Virus record (IMG/VR): IMGVR_UViG_3300030012_003086
Span: 32,523-96,522 of that record
Reading direction: 5' to 3' (one strand)
Length of the DNA: 64,000 bases
From: a virus
Shown in pieces: positions 38,491-48,253 of the stretch. Within the stretch, counting starts at the first letter, position 1. Each line of letters opens with the position of its first letter. The notes under the pieces were generated by a model. That model saw only the letters and a program-made list of their open reading frames with translations, made no database searches and was not told the DNA's origin. The translations under genes and the position numbers were made by a program.

Positions 38491-39717
38491 TTAAATTCCT
38501 CCTACCATCTTATGAATGTCATTCCAGTCCATTTCTGCAATTTCATCCAATGAAGGGAGTTTAATTTGAGACTCTTCTTGAGCCTTTAGAATAGTCTCTT
38601 TCTCAGCAGTTAGAGACTTTCTTAGTTGTGTAAATTCTTCCTTTAGGGAAGCAATTTCTGTCTTTGCATCGTAATTTGCTTTAGCGATTGCATTTGTTCT
38701 TGATGTAGTTTCAGCCTCAAATCTGGCTTCAAACTGCTTTTGAAGATTATCGTAAGCCAATTTTTCTAATTGTTCTTGACGGAATGCTTCGTAAGCCTTC
38801 TCAATGTTTCCTACTGACAAATCAAGTGTTTCTAATTCATTGTTGTTATATGCTTTAACAACAGGCAAATCAGAAGCCTTTGGATTTCCATTCTCAATAA
38901 CGACTCTATCCGCAGGTTCACCGATTTCAACACCAGCACCATCTAGAGTTGAAAGCAAAGCCTTTGCTTCTCTGTCTCTTTCTTCAGTGCCCATATCCAT
39001 CAATTCTTCTTCTTCTTCATCGGCTCTTTCCATGTTGTCCATGTATTCGCCCATGCCCTTTTCTTTTTCTTCAGGCATTTCTTTTGCATACATGCCTTTT
39101 TCATCTTCTTTTTCTTCTTCTTTTCTTAACATATTGACTTCCTCCATTAGAGTGTCCAATTCTGCTAGTGCTTTTTCTAGTTTACTCATTTTTTTTGCCT
39201 CCTTATCTTGCTTTAAAATATCAAATTTCGCTTCCGGGTTTATTCCTTTTTCACATATTGTTACTTCATGCAATTCTAGTTTGCTTATTTCATTGTAATC
39301 TCCTAACTCTGGGTGATTTTTCTTTACTTTATGTATCGCTTGCCCCCCAATGCTAAATGACCTCAATGAACCTTTTCTTATGCCTCGATTTATTTCTTTG
39401 GCTTTTTCTATATCATCCCTTAATTTAATCACTACAAAAAATCCTACATCATCAACTTCAGTTTTCCATAGTTTTCCGTTCTTATCTCGATATGATTTAA
39501 TTACCTCTCCGACTTGAACATTTGAATGGTTTGTCATTACATTCCTAAATTTGGGATTCTCCATGTATTTTTCGACTGCATCTTCTAATGCTTTGAGTGT
39601 AATTAAATCATTTTGCTTATCAACGATTTCGATGCTTGCATATCCTCCAATCATTAAATCGTCACTTTTGAGTATTCTGAAATCATCATTATGATTAGCC
39701 ATAATAGCAGATGCCAT
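38491..39717 (-). CDS. prohead protease fused to scaffold
   Basis: IGGYASIEIVDKQND, H(S)N..VG, SFSIGG, LHEVTICEKGINPEA followed by an acidic coiled-coil scaffold. Confidence 0.9.
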   Translation of the reverse strand: MASAIMANHNDDFRILKSDDLMIGGYASIEIVDKQNDLITLKALEDAVEKYMENPKFRNVMTNHSNVQVGEVIKSYRDKNGKLWKTEVDDVGFFVVIKLRDDIEKAKEINRGIRKGSLRSFSIGGQAIHKVKKNHPELGDYNEISKLELHEVTICEKGINPEAKFDILKQDKEAKKMSKLEKALAELDTLMEEVNMLRKEEEKEDEKGMYAKEMPEEKEKGMGEYMDNMERADEEEEELMDMGTEERDREAKALLSTLDGAGVEIGEPADRVVIENGNPKASDLPVVKAYNNNELETLDLSVGNIEKAYEAFRQEQLEKLAYDNLQKQFEARFEAETTSRTNAIAKANYDAKTEIASLKEEFTQLRKSLTAEKETILKAQEESQIKLPSLDEIAEMDWNDIHKMVGGI

Positions 39718-39757
39718 TCTTCCTCACCCCTGTTTATTTCCTTTCACTATATTAACT
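39718..39757 (-). promoter_or_regulatory. putative archaeal TATA-box promoter and RBS for the head operon
   Basis: TTAATATAG about 30-35 nt upstream of the ATG; GGGGTGAGG RBS. Confidence 0.4.
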
Positions 39758-42256
39758 TCACTGTGGAATTTTAATTTTTGCATACTTATCTTCGTAAATA
39801 TTCCAAATACCATCATCAGTTTTACTATCCACAGGTTCCTGTTCATAACCTGTCCATGCTAACCACATCTTTTTACCCTTTACAGGTAGATATCTGATAT
39901 GAAGTTTAGTCTCAAACTTGTTTCCATCTAAGAAATATTCATGATATCCCTCTCTTTGAACGCCTAATTCAACAGTTCCACTATCAATTACCTTTTCTTT
40001 TTCTATATTAGTCGCTACTTGTGCAGGATATTTTCCCGCAGCACCAAACAAATCAAACAATTCTTCCTCGTTTTCTAAATCAATAGTCCAATTAATAGTA
40101 TCTTCACCTAACTTAATTGATAGAGTAATATTATCATCTTCTCTAGCATATATTTTGAAAGGACCGCTTCTTTTTTCTTTGGGGGTTTTATACTCTTTCT
40201 TAATTTCTTCAGTGTCCTTTTGGACTTTATCGTAACTCATGAAGAGTTTTTTAGTTTGAGGATTGTAATCTATACCATCTCTATTATCAGCCCATTCCAC
40301 TAAACCATCTTTTCCATCTTTTACAATGTCTTTATATTCAGCAATGTTTTCTTTTACTAGATAGTCATGCACTTCTTTTAATGTTCTAGGACCATTGTCT
40401 GTTAAATAACGAATAATTGCATTTGCCAAAATTCCTTGTTTAGTTTTCATTATCTCTTGCACTTGTTCTTTCCAAATATCAATATCCAACATAGCATTCT
40501 TAGACATTAAATTATGTTCTTCAAAGAAAGTAAAACCGCTTAAGTCAAACTTTAATATTGCTTCACCGTGAATATGGTCCGTTATTTTGAATCCTTTTGT
40601 TAGTGCAGTTACATCATAATTTAGAGATTTCTTAGTATCTTGTGCTAAGAATTCTAAAGTAACCACTTTGTCGGGCATTTCGACTTCCGGTATTTCTATT
40701 ACCTTTGCAGAATATAGAGTAAATCTTTCACCGGCTTGTTTTACTTCATCAACTTTTACTCTAACTATATCTCCTACATTTACAGAAGTTTTAGTATTAA
40801 GAGTCTTACCGACGTTCATGTATTTTTTACCGTCAATTTCTTCTATAAATTTACTTTCCTCATCAGTCGGACCAATATCAACACCAACAGTATAAGAATA
40901 TAAATTGCTTTTTGTTTTCTTTTTATCCAAGATAATAACATCTAAATCAACAAACTTTTTCCACTTAATCCATTTAGGGTTCTTTCTTGTTCCTAGATAA
41001 TAAGTCGAAGTAGCATCTTTAATTACTACGCCTTCAGCAGTAGGCATATTCATAATTGTCTTAGAATATTCTTCTATATCTTTTAGACTATCTGCCATTC
41101 TAGTATCTCTCTTAGATGGGAATACTAAATACTCAGAAGAATGGGACGAATAATTATTGAATAAGGTAGTAATTCTATTGGACAATTCTTCGTCAAGAAG
41201 AGTTTGTTCTTCGTGTCGCATAATATCAAAAACATGGCATTTTAATTTAGCATCTTTGTATTTTCCTTTGAATACGTGAGCAATAGTGTCTGCCCTATGT
41301 AAAGAATCTTCACCACTAAATAAAATCAATTCAGCATCTAAAATACAGTCGCCAAAGTGTTTTTTCTTTAATTCATCAACTATATCAGAGCATTTATCTG
41401 TTATATTCTTTTTATTATAGGAATAGACTTTAACCGACTTATCAAACTTATGAAGTTGCACTCTCATGCCATCATATTTTTCTTGAACAACCCAATCGCC
41501 ACTGAAACCTTTCAATTCATTGATATCTTCAATGTCAAATATCCTATACATCGGTTTATTAGGAATAATGAAATCACTAATTGACTTTTCTTCTTCTGAT
41601 TTTTTCATGTCAATATCAACCAATTCTTCCCATTCCTTTTCTTCATGTTGGGAAAAGAAAACTAAATGCAATAGGTCTAAGGCTGCCTTTACTTTAGATT
41701 CCACTTTTTTTGAGTCTTTCCCATCCCCATAATGCTCAATAATATACAGTGCTATATCGTCTTCCTCTAGGTCAAGACCCATAAGACCCTCGGTAATTGA
41801 GTCCGGTTCCATGTCTTTTATTGATAATGTTTCAGCAGTTAGAGCATTGTTGTGATTTCTTAGCGCATAATGAACAAATTTGACCATAGATTCGGGATTT
41901 GTCATTAACTCTTCAAGAACATTACCTTTGAATCTTTTAGCAAACGGGTCTTCAACTAATTTAGAATTATATCTTAGAAGTTTTATTTTTTCAAATAAGT
42001 TTTTTGCTTCAGTTGTTTTAACATCATTAACGCTATTGTTTTCTAAATCATCTTCATCAATAAAATTTTTCATTTCTTTTCCAGCAGCATCTAATTCATC
42101 ATAGGATTCTTTAATTAATTTAACTGTTGCTCTCCAACGACTCCCATATTCTTTTGGGTCATGTCGTGCAGATAAATAGGCAACCCTTGTCTTTTCAAAA
42201 AGACGCATTATTTCGACTGATGGTTGTCTATCTTTTTCGATAGAACCTAATTTCAT
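39758..42256 (-). CDS. lig: ATP-dependent DNA ligase with N- and C-terminal extensions
   Basis: QEKYDGMR, ILDAEL, VFDIM, EGVVIKD, WIKWK, OB domain. Confidence 0.9.
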   Translation of the reverse strand: MKLGSIEKDRQPSVEIMRLFEKTRVAYLSARHDPKEYGSRWRATVKLIKESYDELDAAGKEMKNFIDEDDLENNSVNDVKTTEAKNLFEKIKLLRYNSKLVEDPFAKRFKGNVLEELMTNPESMVKFVHYALRNHNNALTAETLSIKDMEPDSITEGLMGLDLEEDDIALYIIEHYGDGKDSKKVESKVKAALDLLHLVFFSQHEEKEWEELVDIDMKKSEEEKSISDFIIPNKPMYRIFDIEDINELKGFSGDWVVQEKYDGMRVQLHKFDKSVKVYSYNKKNITDKCSDIVDELKKKHFGDCILDAELILFSGEDSLHRADTIAHVFKGKYKDAKLKCHVFDIMRHEEQTLLDEELSNRITTLFNNYSSHSSEYLVFPSKRDTRMADSLKDIEEYSKTIMNMPTAEGVVIKDATSTYYLGTRKNPKWIKWKKFVDLDVIILDKKKTKSNLYSYTVGVDIGPTDEESKFIEEIDGKKYMNVGKTLNTKTSVNVGDIVRVKVDEVKQAGERFTLYSAKVIEIPEVEMPDKVVTLEFLAQDTKKSLNYDVTALTKGFKITDHIHGEAILKFDLSGFTFFEEHNLMSKNAMLDIDIWKEQVQEIMKTKQGILANAIIRYLTDNGPRTLKEVHDYLVKENIAEYKDIVKDGKDGLVEWADNRDGIDYNPQTKKLFMSYDKVQKDTEEIKKEYKTPKEKRSGPFKIYAREDDNITLSIKLGEDTINWTIDLENEEELFDLFGAAGKYPAQVATNIEKEKVIDSGTVELGVQREGYHEYFLDGNKFETKLHIRYLPVKGKKMWLAWTGYEQEPVDSKTDDGIWNIYEDKYAKIKIPQ

Positions 42257-42267
42257 TGTATCACTTC

Positions 42268-42507
42268 TTAATACTTAGATTCTTGACCTGCTAAACCATA
42301 TCCATCAGTTTCTCTATTTTTAGGAATTAATTCACTATCTTTAACTTCTTCTGCTTTTGGTCTTTTTACTTTGACTACTTCAGCATCATCCTTTTCGGGA
42401 CTTCTGTTATTATCATTAAGAGACAATTCTAATTCTTTTTTAGCACTTCTAGCCTTTTCAATAGCAAGACTGACAATTCTTTCTTCTTTTGTTACTCTTT
42501 CCGGCAT
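42268..42507 (-). CDS. hypothetical protein
   Basis: 79 aa, coupled. Confidence 0.7.
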   Translation of the reverse strand: MPERVTKEERIVSLAIEKARSAKKELELSLNDNNRSPEKDDAEVVKVKRPKAEEVKDSELIPKNRETDGYGLAGQESKY

Positions 42508-42758
42508 TAATTTCCACCTGCCTTTTCGACCATTTTATGAATCTCGGACCAATCCATAGTTGAAATATCTTTTGGCATTCCTGTTGGAGAACCAATTGAA
42601 TTATCCATAGCAGGAGTTGGACTATTAGTTACTACAAAGCCTGCTTTCATGAGTATGCTATCTTTAGCATAAATTGTCTTTTCTAAATCTTCAACCTTTG
42701 AGGCTAGTGCTTTAATTATCTCTAATAATTCTTCATTAATTGTGTTTTCTTCTGTCAT
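42507..42758 (-). CDS. scaffold-like small protein
   Basis: Coiled coil; C-terminus MDWSEIHKMV nearly identical to the scaffold C-terminus MDWNDIHKMV. Confidence 0.7.
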   Translation of the reverse strand: MTEENTINEELLEIIKALASKVEDLEKTIYAKDSILMKAGFVVTNSPTPAMDNSIGSPTGMPKDISTMDWSEIHKMVEKAGGN

Positions 42759-42762
42759 AATA

Positions 42763-43119
42763 TCACTTCTTTTTTGTCCGGCCATAAATTAAATCATCAA
42801 GTTGCCTATACAGTAACTCATATTCTTTACGTAACTTCGTAGCAGTAGCAACAATATCAAGGTTCCTATCATCCATTGATTTCATTTTCTTACTAAGTTT
42901 CTTATCAGATTTAGTTAAATCCAATTCTTTGAGAGTATCAATCAATTCACCTAATTTAGTAAAGTCTTGACCAAAAAATTCAGTGGGAGAAGCCGCTTGA
43001 ATAGTCTTTTTAAGTCTCTTTCTAGCCTTTGGGTCTAACGAATCGAGTATGCTTTTAGGCTTAGTTTTTTCTTTTTTTATGATAATCTCTTTTCCATCAT
43101 TATAATAATCCCATGTCAT
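42763..43119 (-). CDS. hypothetical helical protein
   Basis: 118 aa, coupled. Confidence 0.75.
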   Translation of the reverse strand: MTWDYYNDGKEIIIKKEKTKPKSILDSLDPKARKRLKKTIQAASPTEFFGQDFTKLGELIDTLKELDLTKSDKKLSKKMKSMDDRNLDIVATATKLRKEYELLYRQLDDLIYGRTKKK

Positions 43120-45068
43120 TCAAAACCCTCCTTATATTTTTTACCACCCATTTGCCTTTCGGGGTCAAAGTCTTCCTCAATCCAAGATGGTATCTCATAT
43201 TCAAATGGAATTTCAGGAACTACTTCTTTTTCTGAATCTTCTTTCTTTCTGCTTTTAATATCGCTATTTATTTCTGCTCTATCACTACTAATATCTTGCA
43301 ACATTTCTTCTATTTCAGATATAGGGATATTTATATTTTGAACATTTTTGAAATCTATACCTAACTCTGTAAACTTATTTTTTGCTTGGTCTTCGCTTAC
43401 TTCCATAAGTATTCGCATGGTTCTATCTATTCTATAACCTACGCTACTTGCTAGATTTTCTCCCTTCTTTCTTTTTTTGGGTTTATCTGCTTCTAAGTCT
43501 TTTAGACTTTCAGAATCTTCTTTTAGGAATTCTTTCCATTTTTCCTTTGTCTCATCATCTAATTCATCTAGTGCCTTTGTTAAAGAATTGATTTTAGAAA
43601 ACAATTTTCTAATAGGTCGTCTAATCTGTCTTATTTTTTTACTCAACTCTTTACTAGGGTCTTTAATTTCCTCAGCAGAGGATATTGTTTGTTTTATTAG
43701 ATTAATTTCTGCAATCAAATTCTTCATAAATTTCATATTAAATTTATCGTAAATTTTTTCGTAATCTTCTTTTACTTCGACCCATTGGTTTGCTAAATCC
43801 ATTCTTAGGTCATCTAGTTTTTCTTCAGGGTTTTCTCTTAGAGTTTTTATTTCTTCTCTTAAATTTCTTATGTATTCCGGCATTTCATTTGAACCTTCTT
43901 TAACAGTAAATACCTTTAGTGAAACTGCTAACTCTCTAGCCTTATCTGTTACTAAATCCTCTGCATATTCTAGAAGATAATCATCATCAACATTTTCAAA
44001 CTCTTCTAAAGTATTCTTCAAAGAAGAATTTGAATTATTTAAGTATTTGATATGATTCTCAATATTTTGTAATGTCTTGTTTAAAGACGATACTGCCCTT
44101 CTAAATCTAACATTATATCCTTTAGCATCTCTTTCTGCAATTTTTGTTTTAAATCCTGAAAAGTCTCTTGCTATTCTTCCGACATCGGCAAGGGCTTTTG
44201 CTTCACTATTAAACGCTCTTAAATGAAGCATTCCCATAACTTCTATAACAGACATGTCTTTATTCGATGGAGTGTTATCAATTATAGAATTGGCAAGAGC
44301 AGAGTAAGTATTATTTAAATCAAAAATATTTATTTCAGAAGTAACTTTATTTTTAATGGTCCTCTCGCCTTTTTCTCTTTTATACATTTTTTTAGAATAT
44401 ATCGGGAATTCACCATTAAATGAAAATTGTTTGAATCTATTTACTATAAAATTAGTCTCGGTTCCTTTTTGGAATTCTGGCAGTGTGGACATGATTCTTA
44501 GAACCCTTATTAAAAAATTAGAATCCTTTTTACTAATATCTCTATATGCACTTGCCCCTGTTATAGCAGGAGGCGAAATATTAGTTTGGATTCTAACGTT
44601 TCTAATTAAATCATTTACTTTTTCCCTAGCATTTATTAAAAATTTAATTTCATTCTGTGCCCTTCTATGTTCTGTTTCTTCTTTACTCTTTTCTCTCTGT
44701 TCAGCAGAAAGCATAGTGCTTTGTCTAAATGTATCGGATTCTTTGAAACTTTCTTGTTCAGTCTGTTCTTGTTCAGTCTGCGCTTGTAATGTTTCCTTTC
44801 TTTGTTCTCTTTCTCTTGCCTTACCCGAAGTATATCTAGTATCTCCTGCAAATTCACCATAGTCTTCATCTTCTTTTTGCTTAAGTATTGCTTTTTCTAT
44901 TAGTTTTCTATAAACAACAATGTTAGTAGAATCTATGTTTTTAATTAGAGAATTTTTAATCATAGCAGCACTCGCTTGGTTTTCAACAAGTTCTTTTGTT
45001 TCACTATCTAAATCATATTTCAATAGAACACTGTGTAGTGTCTTATCTTTAGATAGTTGAAAGAACAT
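43116..45068 (-). CDS. large coiled-coil hypothetical protein
   Basis: 650 aa, E/K-rich; GGTGA RBS. Confidence 0.8.
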   Translation of the reverse strand: MFFQLSKDKTLHSVLLKYDLDSETKELVENQASAAMIKNSLIKNIDSTNIVVYRKLIEKAILKQKEDEDYGEFAGDTRYTSGKAREREQRKETLQAQTEQEQTEQESFKESDTFRQSTMLSAEQREKSKEETEHRRAQNEIKFLINAREKVNDLIRNVRIQTNISPPAITGASAYRDISKKDSNFLIRVLRIMSTLPEFQKGTETNFIVNRFKQFSFNGEFPIYSKKMYKREKGERTIKNKVTSEINIFDLNNTYSALANSIIDNTPSNKDMSVIEVMGMLHLRAFNSEAKALADVGRIARDFSGFKTKIAERDAKGYNVRFRRAVSSLNKTLQNIENHIKYLNNSNSSLKNTLEEFENVDDDYLLEYAEDLVTDKARELAVSLKVFTVKEGSNEMPEYIRNLREEIKTLRENPEEKLDDLRMDLANQWVEVKEDYEKIYDKFNMKFMKNLIAEINLIKQTISSAEEIKDPSKELSKKIRQIRRPIRKLFSKINSLTKALDELDDETKEKWKEFLKEDSESLKDLEADKPKKRKKGENLASSVGYRIDRTMRILMEVSEDQAKNKFTELGIDFKNVQNINIPISEIEEMLQDISSDRAEINSDIKSRKKEDSEKEVVPEIPFEYEIPSWIEEDFDPERQMGGKKYKEGFE

Positions 45069-45077
45069 CTAATCACC

Positions 45078-45305
45078 TCAGAATGGAATATTTTCTTTTC
45101 TTCCTTTTCTCTTAGGGGGAAGTGTAACTACATCAGGAACATCAGCCGAATGTAGTTTAGCCTTATGTGTAGTATCGGGAGGAACCCCACCAATACTGAA
45201 ATCTCTTGTTTTGCTTAGTTTAGTATCGGCATTAGCGTTAATTGCTTTTACTTGTGCCAATTCTTTCTTTAGTCTTATTTCTTTTTGTTTCAAATCTTCT
45301 GTCAT
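45078..45305 (-). CDS. hypothetical protein
   Basis: 75 aa after the portal gene. Confidence 0.7.
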   Translation of the reverse strand: MTEDLKQKEIRLKKELAQVKAINANADTKLSKTRDFSIGGVPPDTTHKAKLHSADVPDVVTLPPKRKGRKENIPF

Positions 45306-45306
45306 A

Positions 45307-46962
45307 TCAACCCACTCTCCTTTCTGTTCTTCTATCCACGTTTTGATTACCTGCTTCTCTAGGTAGTCCGGCTAATCTCTTATCCGGCCCCGTTGCCATA
45401 CTTGGCTTATTTCTATTGGCTTTAACCTTTGCCGGTTTAGCAGGCATTCCTGCTTCTTCCGGTGAAGGTTTAGTTCCCGCTTCCATCATTTGACCTAATT
45501 GACTTTGGTCTATATTAGTGCCCGCATAAGGGTCTAATTCTATTTCTTCTTGATTTTCCTCTTCTCCCTCATTTTCTTTAGGTTCGGGTTTAGTAAAGGT
45601 AAAGTTACCATCTTCATCCATATCAACCTCAAATCCTAAATTCTTAGTTGAAGCAGCAATATTAACTTCTATCTCTCTCTTTCTCAATACTGCAATTTCA
45701 TCCTCTTCTTCGGATGGCGGTAGTTTTAGTTTCCAATCACTAATACCAAATTGCTTTACTAGGAACGGGAATACATATTCATTGTAAACATTCTGTGCCA
45801 TTTGAACGGCTCTATTAGTAACTAAGATTTGCATACCTTCATTATTTAATCCACCACTTGTAGTATTATCAGCCATGAAAACTTTACTTACGCCATAGAA
45901 CGCTGAGATTCTATCTCGCAAATCATCCTTAACAGAAACATAATCCATTTCCTTTAGACTATCCATGAATTTAATCCATTCAACCGCACCCTTTCCTCCT
46001 TCGGCTTCAATACCCATAACAGGAATAAAGTGAGGGTCTTGTTCCATTTTTTCTTTTACTGAACGCCAAAAAGAACGCATAGAATCCATGTTTCTAGTTT
46101 GCACTGCTAGAAGACCTTTTGGCATTCGGCTTTTAGTATAAGATGAATTGACGTAATTTTCCATAGCAATAAGAGTCATAATGTTATTGTAAAGTGTAAT
46201 TACAGGAGACATTCCGTATAGTCTAGAAGGACTATACTTACTAAAATGAAGGACTTCTCCCTTTAGGAAATATTGGTCTTCACCATGCACTCTATTTACA
46301 TAATGAACAGGAAATAAATTGGAGCCACATGTTTCACATAATTCATGTGGTTCTGTTGATAGCATATTACGATGATTAATACAAGTAAATCCTTTGGTTC
46401 CCCTTTCACCTAACTCATCAGTATAGATAGCCATAGTAACAGGGTCGCCCCTATATACTTCTTTGATTCGGTGCATTCTAATTTTACCATTACCATCTAT
46501 GAAGTATTCCTTTACAAGAACAATGTAAGCATCATCCATTATATTTAGGTCATCTTCTAATTCTCTTAGAACATCAATGAATAATTGTTCTGCTTTATTT
46601 ACATACCCTTCAATAAATTTCTCAGCATATTCTAATTGCTTAACATCGGGAATTTTAAGATTAGTGCTTTTACATCTAGAACACTCTTGAACAGGCCTTT
46701 TGTGTTCTTTACCACAATCCTTACACAGGGCTTCGTATGCCTTTTCCCAATAATATCCTCTCCTGAACACTTCTTGCTTTAGTTGAGTAATACATGTTCT
46801 AGCAATAACTGATTGATTTACTAAATGATAAATCAGAGGAGCGGTCATTATGTTTTGGTTGTGCCTTTCTTGAATACCGATATTGTATATCTTCCTATCA
46901 GCAGGTTTGGGGGTCTGTCTTCTAAACAAATTTGTAATGGAGAATCTTCTCTTTTCTGCCAC
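45307..46962 (-). CDS. portal protein (HK97-like) with Zn-ribbon inserts
   Basis: EVLHF....P....YGMSP, MPKGLL, ISAFYGVS; two Cys/His clusters. Confidence 0.88.
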   Translation of the reverse strand: MAEKRRFSITNLFRRQTPKPADRKIYNIGIQERHNQNIMTAPLIYHLVNQSVIARTCITQLKQEVFRRGYYWEKAYEALCKDCGKEHKRPVQECSRCKSTNLKIPDVKQLEYAEKFIEGYVNKAEQLFIDVLRELEDDLNIMDDAYIVLVKEYFIDGNGKIRMHRIKEVYRGDPVTMAIYTDELGERGTKGFTCINHRNMLSTEPHELCETCGSNLFPVHYVNRVHGEDQYFLKGEVLHFSKYSPSRLYGMSPVITLYNNIMTLIAMENYVNSSYTKSRMPKGLLAVQTRNMDSMRSFWRSVKEKMEQDPHFIPVMGIEAEGGKGAVEWIKFMDSLKEMDYVSVKDDLRDRISAFYGVSKVFMADNTTSGGLNNEGMQILVTNRAVQMAQNVYNEYVFPFLVKQFGISDWKLKLPPSEEEDEIAVLRKREIEVNIAASTKNLGFEVDMDEDGNFTFTKPEPKENEGEEENQEEIELDPYAGTNIDQSQLGQMMEAGTKPSPEEAGMPAKPAKVKANRNKPSMATGPDKRLAGLPREAGNQNVDRRTERRVG

Positions 46963-46994
46963 TATAACCCCTCCTATTTATCTGTCAGAGATGA

Positions 46995-47114
46995 TTAGTT
47001 ATCAACCTTACTAACTTTCATACTCTTTGGTTTACCTGCTTTTATCCAGCACGATTCACAAAACCCAAAAGGATAATTATTTTCTGAACAATAACATTTA
47101 CCACAATATATCAT
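46995..47114 (-). CDS. small Zn-finger protein (39 aa)
   Basis: MIYCGKC...FCESCW; ATGA overlap with the upstream gene. Confidence 0.55.
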   Translation of the reverse strand: MIYCGKCYCSENNYPFGFCESCWIKAGKPKSMKVSKVDN

Positions 47115-47491
47115 AGTCTCCGCCTCTGATTCTTTGGCCGTGTTAAATGCTTTCCGGGGTCAGAAGCAACGCTACCGAAATTTGTTCGGGGGCTAACTGC
47201 TCCTGTGTCAGACATATCTCCGGTAGTTTGATTTACAATATTTGTTGTTCTTGGTGTAGGATTATCAAATCTAGCACCTGCAAGAACTCCTAACATTTTT
47301 TTCATCTCTTCAACTGTTCTTTGTTGTTTAGGCTTGAATCTTAAATATCTTTTAAATTTCTTTTTAGCATCATCAGAATAATTGGATAAACTCATCTGAA
47401 AATCATAAAATTCTTTTGCTTCCTGATTAGGAAAAAAACCAAAAATACCTTTTTCTAAATCAGATTTAAGTATTAATTTCCATTCTTCCAT
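47111..47491 (-). CDS. WxxILK-leader protein
   Basis: MEEWKLILKS. Confidence 0.75.
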   Translation of the reverse strand: MEEWKLILKSDLEKGIFGFFPNQEAKEFYDFQMSLSNYSDDAKKKFKRYLRFKPKQQRTVEEMKKMLGVLAGARFDNPTPRTTNIVNQTTGDMSDTGAVSPRTNFGSVASDPGKHLTRPKNQRRRL

Positions 47492-47495
47492 ACAA

Positions 47496-47813
47496 TCATC
47501 TCCTTGATTTATTTCCGTGACATTTCCATTTTTTACGGCTTAAATTATTCGGGCTATTTGGGTCACTTCTCCAATTTCCTTTAATTTTATTTGACCTCGC
47601 ACAATAAGCATCTCCCTTAGAAGTTCCGGGCCTTATTCTATCTCCACCATCTTTGGCTTTACCTGCTTGACCATATGAAACCTTTCTGCCCGAAGCAGTT
47701 CTTTTAACAAACCTTTTTCCTTTTCGAGGTTTGCCTAATTTCTTTTTCCTTCTTTTAGAACCGGCCTTTCGTCTAGCCTTACTTTTCTTTTGAAGAATAT
47801 CTTGCCAAGTCAT
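47496..47813 (-). CDS. WxxIL-leader highly basic protein
   Basis: MTWQDILQKK; K/R-rich; AYCARS motif. Confidence 0.75.
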   Translation of the reverse strand: MTWQDILQKKSKARRKAGSKRRKKKLGKPRKGKRFVKRTASGRKVSYGQAGKAKDGGDRIRPGTSKGDAYCARSNKIKGNWRSDPNSPNNLSRKKWKCHGNKSRR

Positions 47814-48253
47814 TACTTTTCTCCTCTCATTTGGTTTTGTTTAGAGGTTTTATCATCAACAATTGGCCCGCCCTTCGCCCAAGTATAGCAAGTTCTCGCT
47901 GAATGACATTTAAAGTGATGCATCCAACAATAGCCCAGAGTTTCCCACTTTTTATTATTTTTTATAGCGGATTTTATTTCCTCTTGACTCATAATTTCTA
48001 AAGGCATACATTCATCCATTCTTGGAGATATATCAAATGCAATACAATTACTACAATTAGATTCCTTTGCTACATCAGCAGTAGTGTTCCACCTTTTAGC
48101 ATATTCCTCCCAATATTCTTCATCTTCTAGATTAAGTGGCCCATATCTGATATTAGGATTTTTAACTGCGGCATCTCTATTCTTAGTATTGAGCATCAAA
48201 TCTTGTGTTGCTCTAGGACAAGCCATTTCTTTTAGGATAATTTGCCAAGTCAT
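47813..48253 (-). CDS. WxxILK-leader Cys/His-rich protein
   Basis: MTWQIILKE; CSNC...YCWMHHFKCHSARTC. Confidence 0.8.
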   Translation of the reverse strand: MTWQIILKEMACPRATQDLMLNTKNRDAAVKNPNIRYGPLNLEDEEYWEEYAKRWNTTADVAKESNCSNCIAFDISPRMDECMPLEIMSQEEIKSAIKNNKKWETLGYCWMHHFKCHSARTCYTWAKGGPIVDDKTSKQNQMRGEK

